From a bacterium (GTDB lineage: Bacteria > Hydrothermota > 32-111): a stretch of DNA of 16,485 nucleotides. The stretch is from NCBI GenBank assembly GCA_050239825.1, contig JBFXGO010000047.1, forward strand, positions 1 to 16,485. Direction: 5' to 3'. Both the position numbers and the translations under genes were made by a program. Positions within the stretch are counted from its first letter, which is position 1. Each line of letters starts with the position of its first letter. The notes under the pieces are model-generated. The model was given only the letters and a program-made list of their open reading frames with translations. It was not told where the DNA came from and made no database searches. Positions 1 through 6,770 of the stretch are shown here, in pieces.

Positions 1-65
1 CACCATTATACATAAAAAAGTTATCAAGACAATATGCCGACAGTTGTGATGAGTATAACTTACAA

Positions 66-93
66 TTGTTTTTTTCGGAAGAATCAATATAAT
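66..93 (+). promoter_or_regulatory. Putative sigma70-type promoter of the serine hydrolase
   Basis: TTGTTT(66-71)-N16-TATAAT(88-93). The -35 is weak. Confidence 0.4.
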
Positions 94-151
94 AAAAGAC
101 AAATTTGTAATTTCAGCCGATTAAATGCGTATAGGAAAAAAAGGAGGATCA

Positions 152-1909
152 GTGAAAAAAATATTCGTTTTGATTCTGATTTTGACAGCGGCTCTTTTCT
201 CAGCAGGCGAAACCGCCGACTATTCTGCTCTGATAAAGGATGTTGACGCTTTTGTGGATTCCGTAATGAAGACTCACAATGTACCTGGAGTATCAATTGC
301 CGTTGTAAAAAACAATGAAGTGATTCTGGCAAAAGGATACGGATACAGGAACCTGAAAGAAAAACTCCCTGTTACGAAAAATACTCTCTTCTGCATAGGC
401 TCATCAACCAAGGCTTTTACAGCGACAGCTCTCTCCATTGCCTCCGATGAAGGGTATCTTGATTTTGATGAAAAAGTCACAAAATACATGCCGGATTTTG
501 AATTGAATGATAAGAGTGTATCTGACAATGCTTTGGTGAAAGATTTACTGACACATAGAATCGGACTTCCCCGTCATGACTTTATGTGGTACGGCTCTTC
601 TTTCACAAGAGAGGAAATATACAAGAGACTGAAGTATCTCGAACTTTCCGCCGGTCTCAGAGAAACATTTCAATATCAGAATCACATGTTTATGACAGCG
701 GGTCTTCTTTTGGAGAGGGTGACAGGGAAAACATGGGAGGATTTCGTCAAAGAGAGAATATTTGTGCCTCTCAACATGAATGAAACAAATTTATCGACAG
801 ATGATTCGAAAAAATCCGCAGACTACGCGCTGCCATATCTTTTGGATAACAAAAAAATAACAGAGATTCCTTTCAGGGAATTTCCGGCAATGGGCCCTGC
901 GGGAACAATAAATTCAAATGCGGTTGATATGGCTAACTGGCTTATGTTCAATCTTAACAGAGGAAATGTGAACTCAAAACAGCTGATTGCCGATGCATCA
1001 TTTGCCAGAATGACGACGCCGCAGATGATTGCCTCTCCTGTCTCTGGCAGTGAGGAGAATTCTTACCCATCATACGGGATGGGCTGGTTCATTCAATATT
1101 ACAGAGGGCATTATATAGTTCACCATGGAGGAAATATCGACGGATTCTCAGCTCTTGTATCATTCTTCCCGGATGACTCATTTGGAGTTGTTGTGCTTAC
1201 AAACATGAATGCAACACCGCTGACTTCAATCATTAATTATTATATTTCCGACAGACTCATGAATCTTGAACCTGTCAACTGGAGCGAGAGGATTGCAACA
1301 TCTGAGGATAAAGCGGAGGAAGTCGTGAAGAGCGCTGTAGAACAAAGAGTGAAAAATACAAAATCCTCGCACTCATTGAATAGCTATGCGGGAACTTACG
1401 AAAATAAAGGATACGGTTTGATGAAAATTGATTATAAAAATGGAAAACTCCATCTGAAATACAATATTCTTGATATGGACTTAAATCATTATCATTACGA
1501 TGTATTCTCCGGCAAATCGAAGATGCTCGGTGATATGGAGATGAAATTCCGTTTTGAATCTGCTTCTGACGGGAGCATAGCTAAGGTATATGCGCCTCTT
1601 GAAATGAGTGTTGGAGAAATATGCTTTGAGAGAGTTGCAGAGAGCGAATTCACATCAAAAGAGTATCTGGAAAAGTTTACAGGCATTTACGCAACAAAGG
1701 ATTTCTCAATTGCAGTTGACTTAATTTCAGGCAAACTCAAAATGACGATACCGGGACAGCCGCAATACACTCTGCTTTCAAAAGAAATGAATTCGTTCAG
1801 CATAGAGGAATTGACCGGATTTGCCGTTTCATTTGAAGTTAAGGGAAACAATGTGACAGCCATGAATCTTATTCAACCGAATGGAACATTCAGAGTCGAA
1901 AAAAAATAA
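152..1909 (+). CDS. Secreted serine hydrolase, beta-lactamase class C/AmpC-like family, with probable DUF3471-like C-terminal domain(s)
   Basis: SxxK motif (IGSSTK), LLTHRIGL, YxN (FQYQN) and HGG (HHGGNIDGF). Signal peptide VKKIFVLILILTAALFSA. The start is probably GTG at 152 after SD AGGAGG, not the ORF-track start at 125. C-terminal YAGTYENKGYG is typical of DUF3471. Confidence 0.88.
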   Translation: MKKIFVLILILTAALFSAGETADYSALIKDVDAFVDSVMKTHNVPGVSIAVVKNNEVILAKGYGYRNLKEKLPVTKNTLFCIGSSTKAFTATALSIASDEGYLDFDEKVTKYMPDFELNDKSVSDNALVKDLLTHRIGLPRHDFMWYGSSFTREEIYKRLKYLELSAGLRETFQYQNHMFMTAGLLLERVTGKTWEDFVKERIFVPLNMNETNLSTDDSKKSADYALPYLLDNKKITEIPFREFPAMGPAGTINSNAVDMANWLMFNLNRGNVNSKQLIADASFARMTTPQMIASPVSGSEENSYPSYGMGWFIQYYRGHYIVHHGGNIDGFSALVSFFPDDSFGVVVLTNMNATPLTSIINYYISDRLMNLEPVNWSERIATSEDKAEEVVKSAVEQRVKNTKSSHSLNSYAGTYENKGYGLMKIDYKNGKLHLKYNILDMDLNHYHYDVFSGKSKMLGDMEMKFRFESASDGSIAKVYAPLEMSVGEICFERVAESEFTSKEYLEKFTGIYATKDFSIAVDLISGKLKMTIPGQPQYTLLSKEMNSFSIEELTGFAVSFEVKGNNVTAMNLIQPNGTFRVEKK

Positions 1910-1917
1910 ATACGCTC

Positions 1918-1945
1918 TTGACATTTTTTGAAAAATTATTAAAGT
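1918..1945 (+). promoter_or_regulatory. Putative sigma70-type promoter pointing into the intergenic hairpin
   Basis: Perfect TTGACA(1918-1923)-N16-TAAAGT(1940-1945). The predicted +1 (~1952-1953) coincides with the 5' end of the stem. Confidence 0.5.
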
Positions 1946-1952
1946 TGATAGT

Positions 1953-2017
1953 GGAAGCAGGCCTAACTTTATCGGTACTACTACTACATTAACCGATGAA
2001 TCCTGCTTCCTTTTTTT
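1953..2017 (+). ncRNA. Candidate ~65-nt small RNA and/or intrinsic terminator between convergent genes
   Basis: Outer stem GGAAGCAGG(1953-1961)/CCTGCTTCC(2002-2010). Inner stem TTTATCGGT(1968-1976)/ACCGATGAA(1992-2000) with one G-U pair. 15-nt loop ACTACTACTACATTA, followed by T7 (2011-2017). Confidence 0.45.
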
Positions 2018-3281
2018 ATTCCCCTGTGAGAATTAAAAATTGGTAATCCTTAATATACTTATTGAGAACTCCTGTGATATCGGCGGGTTTCATCTTAGAG
2101 ATTTTTTTCATGAACTTTGCGTCATGATCAAAATCGCCGTAAACCATGTAATTGTATCCGTTGTTGAAGCTTTTTGAGTCAGACCTCTCGTTTTCCATAT
2201 AGAACGAAGTCTCATAAAGGTTCCTCAAATCATCAATCTCCCTCTGAGTCAGACCCTCTCTCTTTGCCTTGTCCATCTCCTGTCTGAAAAGCGAAATGGC
2301 GCTGTCGGGGTAAGTGGTTGAAACATAAAATACTCCGTAATTGACTTTCTTGTCCGATGCTCCCATGTAAGCCGCATATGTGAGTCCGTGTTTTGTGCGC
2401 AGAGTTTCGTAGATTCTCTTCGAGAGTATGGACATCGCGATTCTTGCGGCGGCATAGTCATTATCTGTGACTGATGGAAGGTTGAATTTGCATGCGGCAT
2501 AGCTTGTCTCCAGATTCTTTTTCTTTTCCTGAATCAATGTGTCGCGCCCCAGATTCTTAAACTCTGAAGGCATTCTCTTCTGCCAGCTGTCATTGTTTTT
2601 CAAAAAAGAGAATTTATCCTTGATTTTGTTTTCAAGCTCTTTTCTTGGTATTCCGGTGACAATGCTAACAACTACCTTATTTTTCTTGGTCAGAAAATCG
2701 AGGTGGTTTCTCATTTCATCAGCGCTTATTTTTGAAACAGATTCCACATAACCGTCGGGAAGTGCGAGGTACTGATGCTGGCGGAAAAACCAATCATTCA
2801 GCCGAAGCCATATCAGTTCATCCGGATTTGTCTCTTTGGCATTGATCGCCTCTATCATCCTTTCTCTGATTATATTTACATTCTTCTCAAGGAATAGGGG
2901 ATTTTCCAGCATATCTGCGGCAACATCAAGCGCCTCTTCAAAATGCCTGCTGAATACCGTAAAACTAATAGCGGAATAATCATAATTGGTTGTTACATTG
3001 ATTCGCATCCCGAACCTATCCATCATCGAATTGATGTCTGATTCGGAATATTTTTTCGTTCCCTTCTGCACTGCTTCAAATATGAATTTTTCAATCCCGG
3101 CATTATCAAGGGTCGAATTCATTGAGCCGCCGTCAAAGAAAAATGTGATTGTTGAAATCTCTCTCTCTTTCGAATAATCGTAAATAAGATTTTTTCCGAA
3201 TGATGAATTCAGAATTTCAGCCTTTGCAGATAGAGAGATATATACAACAAATAAAAATGATATCAAAATAAGCCTTCTCAT
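2016..3281 (-). CDS. M16 (pitrilysin/insulinase) family protein, probably the non-catalytic subunit
   Basis: M16-like layout (FDGGS...AGIEKFIFEAVQKGTKKYS; RIYETLRTKHGLTY) but no HxxEH. Signal peptide. 4-bp overlap with the upstream M16 gene. Confidence 0.85.
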   Translation of the reverse strand: MRRLILISFLFVVYISLSAKAEILNSSFGKNLIYDYSKEREISTITFFFDGGSMNSTLDNAGIEKFIFEAVQKGTKKYSESDINSMMDRFGMRINVTTNYDYSAISFTVFSRHFEEALDVAADMLENPLFLEKNVNIIRERMIEAINAKETNPDELIWLRLNDWFFRQHQYLALPDGYVESVSKISADEMRNHLDFLTKKNKVVVSIVTGIPRKELENKIKDKFSFLKNNDSWQKRMPSEFKNLGRDTLIQEKKKNLETSYAACKFNLPSVTDNDYAAARIAMSILSKRIYETLRTKHGLTYAAYMGASDKKVNYGVFYVSTTYPDSAISLFRQEMDKAKREGLTQREIDDLRNLYETSFYMENERSDSKSFNNGYNYMVYGDFDHDAKFMKKISKMKPADITGVLNKYIKDYQFLILTGE

Positions 3282-4630
3282 TTTATTTCTCCTTTACTTG
3301 AGAATATTTCTTTAGCGGATTTTTCATCAGTCATTATGCCTTCGACATAGGGTTTGTTTATCAGGTACTCCTTCATAACGGATTTGATATCCTCTATGTT
3401 TACTTTCTTCAGATTTTGAAGATAATTCTGAAAATAATCTATGTCGGAAACACACCACCAAAATCCTACACCAAGGGCAAAATCAACGGATGATTCAATG
3501 TCCTGATAGAAATTCATCTCAGCTCTCTCCTTCGCCTGATTCAGTATTTCGTCGGTTAAAAAATCTGACTGATAAATTTGATTCAATTCCTCAAAAAAAA
3601 TATCCTTTACCCTCAAAGCATTCTCGGCGGGGGAAGAGGAGTAAAAAGTCACTGTTGCGCCGTCCCTTTGAGTATAGTAGCCGAGATAGTAATCGTATGC
3701 AATGCCCTCGTTGACCAGTTTTGTATATAAAGGCAGGCTTTTAAGCTTCATTATTTCGCATAAAAGGTCTATGGCGTATGTCTTTTCATTGTTCTTTCCG
3801 ACATCGGGGCCTCTAAAAGTAAGCATAAGGTCGGTCGCAGAAACATTCTGCACAGTGAATACTTTCTTGATTGATTCAAGCTCCGGGTGTTCGGGAAAAT
3901 CAAAATCAGGGTTCTCCATTCTGCTCCATTTTGAGAAGTATTTTCTGACAAGTTTCTCTGTTCTATTGAAGTCAATATCTCCCACAACTATAAGAGCCGA
4001 ATTGTTTGGTATGTAATATTTGTCTTTGATTTCAAACATCTGCTTCTGAGTGGCATTTTCAATGACGCTCTTATCGCCTATGGCATTTTTTCTATAGAAA
4101 AATTTTTCAAACATCGCCTCTTCATTCAATTGGTAGAATATGTATGAGGGTTCCGAAAAGTCCCTGTTAAATTCATTCAAAACAACATTTATCTCCTTTG
4201 CAAGCTCCAATGTGTCGAATATGGGGTCCATTATCGCATAAGCCATAAACTCTATCCCCTCTTCTTCGTTTCTTGAAGGCAGTGTGAAAAAGTATCTGAC
4301 CGCCTCATTGGATGTCATGCCGTTGTAAACTATTCCAAGCTCGCGTATTCTCTTTGCATAATCCTCTTGAGATGTCCATTTTTTGTTTCCCTTGAAGAAC
4401 ATGTGCTCATAGAGGTGAGAAAGACCGCAGTTTTCGGGTGTCTGAGTATATGCGCCGTTTTTGACGGCTATCTCAATCGTCACTATCGGTTCGCTTCCGG
4501 ATTTTATCATTATGACTTCAAGTCCGTTGTCGAGAAAGATGCTTCTGTACTCTCTGTCGAGTATGGTGCCTGCCTGCGTAAAAGCAATTGTAAGCAGAAG
4601 TGCGGAAATCAGAAACAAAAACTTCTTCAT
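3278..4630 (-). CDS. M16 family zinc metallopeptidase, catalytic subunit
   Basis: Inverted zincin motif HxxEH (GLSHLYEHMFFKG), LDNGLEV, YNGMTS, YYIPNNSALIVVGD. Signal peptide. SD AAGGAG. Confidence 0.92.
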   Translation of the reverse strand: MKKFLFLISALLLTIAFTQAGTILDREYRSIFLDNGLEVIMIKSGSEPIVTIEIAVKNGAYTQTPENCGLSHLYEHMFFKGNKKWTSQEDYAKRIRELGIVYNGMTSNEAVRYFFTLPSRNEEEGIEFMAYAIMDPIFDTLELAKEINVVLNEFNRDFSEPSYIFYQLNEEAMFEKFFYRKNAIGDKSVIENATQKQMFEIKDKYYIPNNSALIVVGDIDFNRTEKLVRKYFSKWSRMENPDFDFPEHPELESIKKVFTVQNVSATDLMLTFRGPDVGKNNEKTYAIDLLCEIMKLKSLPLYTKLVNEGIAYDYYLGYYTQRDGATVTFYSSSPAENALRVKDIFFEELNQIYQSDFLTDEILNQAKERAEMNFYQDIESSVDFALGVGFWWCVSDIDYFQNYLQNLKKVNIEDIKSVMKEYLINKPYVEGIMTDEKSAKEIFSSKGEIK

Positions 4631-5574
4631 ATCTTCTCCTTTATATTTTTTTTCTCGGTTAAAAAGAAAATCCCTCCCAAAATGCTGAATATAACCGTTA
4701 TTATGTAAAATGAGAGAGAAAGAGCCACGGTCTCTTCTTTAAGGGCTGTGGTGAAAAAAGTCATATACGCCCACTCTCTCAACCCGAGTCCGTTGATTGT
4801 CACAGGTATCATGCTTATAAGGGAGATGAAGGGAATATATATGACAAGTTCAATAAAATCAATTGAGAGTCCCTGAGACAAAACTATGAAGTAGTTCGTG
4901 AAAACAAAAACAACCTGTATCATAAATGAGAGAAGGAGATTTATCACAAGCTGTTTTTTGTGATTTTTTATGAGCCTGAGGGATGTGAAGAGAGAGTTGA
5001 TTCTCTCTCCGAGCTTTAAAAATCTAATTTTGGAAAACAATCCGTAAAAGAATTTAAAGACAATGTCATTTGAAATCGCAGTAAAGAAAATTGCGGAAAA
5101 AAGAACTCCTGCCGCCGAAATCGGAAGGAAATACTTTATCTGAACTCTGCTGAAGAATATTATAGGAACAATAATTATGTAGAAGAGTATTCCAAGAAGT
5201 CCTATCCACCTCTCTATCAGAATTGAAGATACCACATCTGAAAGGGGTTTCTCATCGTTGGCGACATATATTCCTCTGATTACATCAGTGCCTACAGTTG
5301 AGGGCAGAAAGTTGCCGAAGAAGAGGCCGATCATGTATATTTTGAAAGAGCGGAAAATGGAGACGCTGAAACCGTAAAGCTTGAGAACCATCTGCCATCT
5401 CAATGCAAGGATGTAGGTGAATGCAAAATTGGTGAGAAATGCTAAAAGAAGAAATGAGAATTTGGAATTTGCCATTACTTTCAATGTTCCCTGAAGGTCT
5501 ATTTTTGAAAATATTGCAAACATAATTAAGACGGTTATTATGATTCTCGCGAGGGTGTTTATAAATTGTTTCAT
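4627..5574 (-). CDS. UPF0104 / lysylphosphatidylglycerol synthase TM-region (flippase-like) membrane protein
   Basis: Multi-TM protein with ALRWQ, GLFFGNFLPSTVGTDVIR, IERWIG and IPVTINGLGLRE motifs. Start taken as ATG at 5574 (the ORF track uses TTG at 5577). Confidence 0.85.
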   Translation of the reverse strand: MKQFINTLARIIITVLIMFAIFSKIDLQGTLKVMANSKFSFLLLAFLTNFAFTYILALRWQMVLKLYGFSVSIFRSFKIYMIGLFFGNFLPSTVGTDVIRGIYVANDEKPLSDVVSSILIERWIGLLGILFYIIIVPIIFFSRVQIKYFLPISAAGVLFSAIFFTAISNDIVFKFFYGLFSKIRFLKLGERINSLFTSLRLIKNHKKQLVINLLLSFMIQVVFVFTNYFIVLSQGLSIDFIELVIYIPFISLISMIPVTINGLGLREWAYMTFFTTALKEETVALSLSFYIITVIFSILGGIFFLTEKKNIKEKI

Positions 5575-5580
5575 CAATTA

Positions 5581-5608
5581 AATATATGTTACTTCTTTGA
5601 TTTGTCAA
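5581..5608 (-). promoter_or_regulatory. Putative promoter of the flippase-M16-M16 operon (probably leaderless transcript)
   Basis: On the minus strand TTGACA(5608-5603)-N16-TATATT(5586-5581)-N6-ATG(5574), with no SD upstream of the ATG. Confidence 0.55.
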
Positions 5609-5712
5609 GAGTCGTCTCACACAATAAAAAAAGTTATAATAAATAAAAGTGTAAATGTAAAAGGCAAAAAAGCAGGGGGGATTGTTGTAAAGACAAAATC
5701 TTACTCAACCGT

Positions 5713-5756
5713 GTCACCCTAAACGCCTCTATGGTTATGACTATCGTGAAGGGTCT
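5713..5756. repeat. Module B hairpin GTCACCCT...GTGAAGGGTCT (copies at 5713-5756, 6060-6103, 16100-16143)
   Basis: ACCCT/AGGGT outer stem. In the 6060 and 16100 copies the inner stems are CAC/GTG and CTATGGT-TACG-ACTATAG. The 5713 copy is degenerate. Confidence 0.8.
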
Positions 5757-5802
5757 ATCAGGTTTTTGATGATTGAAGATTTTTTATGGGCTGCACGTGG
5801 GT

Positions 5803-5906
5803 GTAGCGTCGGCTCACACACTCCGCTTCGCCGCTTTATCAAGATGGGTTAGCGTAGCAAGGGGTTGCCCACTTGATGGGCGTCTGCGCGGAGCGTCCTC
5901 GCCGAC
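5803..5906. repeat. Module C core, copy 1 (104 bp nested hairpin)
   Basis: GTAGCGTCGGC...GCGTCCTCGCCGAC. Nested stems GTCGGC/GCCGAC, CTCCGC/GCGGAG, CGCC/GGCG, ATCAAG/CTTGAT, TGG/CCA. Confidence 0.9.
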
Positions 5907-5944
5907 TTGTAGCTTTCACTTTCAATAAGTTATTTAATTGATTG

Positions 5945-6030
5945 AATCTTCACAAAGCATTGGCTGGGGTGTAATGTGCGTGAACGCACATGATAGAGTT
6001 ATCGGGTTGCACCAGAACTTTGTGAAGATT
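5945..6030. repeat. Module D multibranch hairpin, copy 1 (copy 2 at 6300-6385; left-truncated copy at 16386-16458)
   Basis: Perfect 13-bp stem AATCTTCACAAAG/CTTTGTGAAGATT enclosing GGTGTAA/TTGCACC, ATGTGCG-N4-CGCACAT and GATA-N4-TATC. Confidence 0.88.
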
Positions 6031-6157
6031 ACTGTAAAGACAAAATATTAATCAGCAGAGTCACCCTGAACACGTCTATGGTTACGACTATAGTGAAGGG
6101 TCTATCAGTTTATTGGTTATTGATTATTGAAAATCGATTGAGGGGCTGCTGGCGGGC

Positions 6158-6261
6158 GTAGCGTCGGCTCACACACTCCGCTTCGCCGCTTTATCAAGAT
6201 GGGATAGCGAAGCAAGGGGTCAACCACTTGATGGGCGTCTGCGCGGAGCGTCCTCGCCGAC
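6158..6261. repeat. Module C core, copy 2
   Basis: 104 bp, near-identical to 5803-5906. Differences are confined to the apical region. Confidence 0.9.
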
Positions 6262-6462
6262 TTGCAGCTTTCGCTCTCAATAAGTTAATTAATTGATTGA
6301 ATCTTCACAAAGCATTGGCTTGGGTGTAATGTGCGCGAACGCACATGATAGAGGTATCGGGTTGCACCAGAACTTTGTGAAGATTAACAAAAAGACAAAA
6401 TCTTATTCATCTCCCCGTATTAAGCTCATGGCACACGGCTGTTTTTGTGGCTGTACGCGGGT

Positions 6463-6566
6463 GTAGCGTCGGCTCACACACTCCGCTTCGCCGCTTAATC
6501 AAGATGGGATAGCCAAGCGAGGGGTCAACCACTTGATGGGCGTCTGCGCGGAGCGTCCTCGCCGAC
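6463..6566. repeat. Module C core, copy 3
   Basis: 104 bp, near-identical to the other cores. Confidence 0.9.
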
Positions 6567-6751
6567 TTGTAGCTTACGAGTATCAATAAGAATTGATTTG
6601 CTTGTCCTCGGAAAAACATTGAATAGCAGTGCGGAGATGCACTGGAATTTTTCCTTGGAATTGTAAAGGCAAGTTATTTACTCAACTCTCCGTATTAAGC
6701 TCATGGCACACGGCTCACGGCTCAAGGCTGATTTGGTGGCTGCTGAATAGT

Positions 6752-6770
6752 GTAGCGTCGGCTCACACAC
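6752..6770. repeat. Truncated module C (5' 19 bp only)
   Basis: GTAGCGTCGGCTCACACAC, followed after 5 bp by the delimiter motif. Confidence 0.8.

Noticed and set aside
1953..1961. SRP (4.5S) RNA suggested by GGAAGCAG
   Set aside because: The preceding CAGG-N-CC-GGAA part of the SRP domain IV motif is absent, and here the sequence forms the terminal stem.
5891..5913. HDV-like ribozyme suggested by TCCTCGC (the L3 loop sequence)
   Set aside because: The flanking P3 would be only 2 bp (CG/CG), and I could not build P1, P2 or P4. The segment is better explained by the GTCGGC/GCCGAC stem.
6407..6619. Minus-strand ORFs 6407-6619 and 16181-16417 sharing KSARTLR.DAHQV..P...YPILIKRRSGVCEPTLH as a repeated small protein
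   Set aside because: The similarity just reflects core C. The same frame in copy 1 has an in-frame TAA (CTA CGC TAA), and starts and ends are not conserved.
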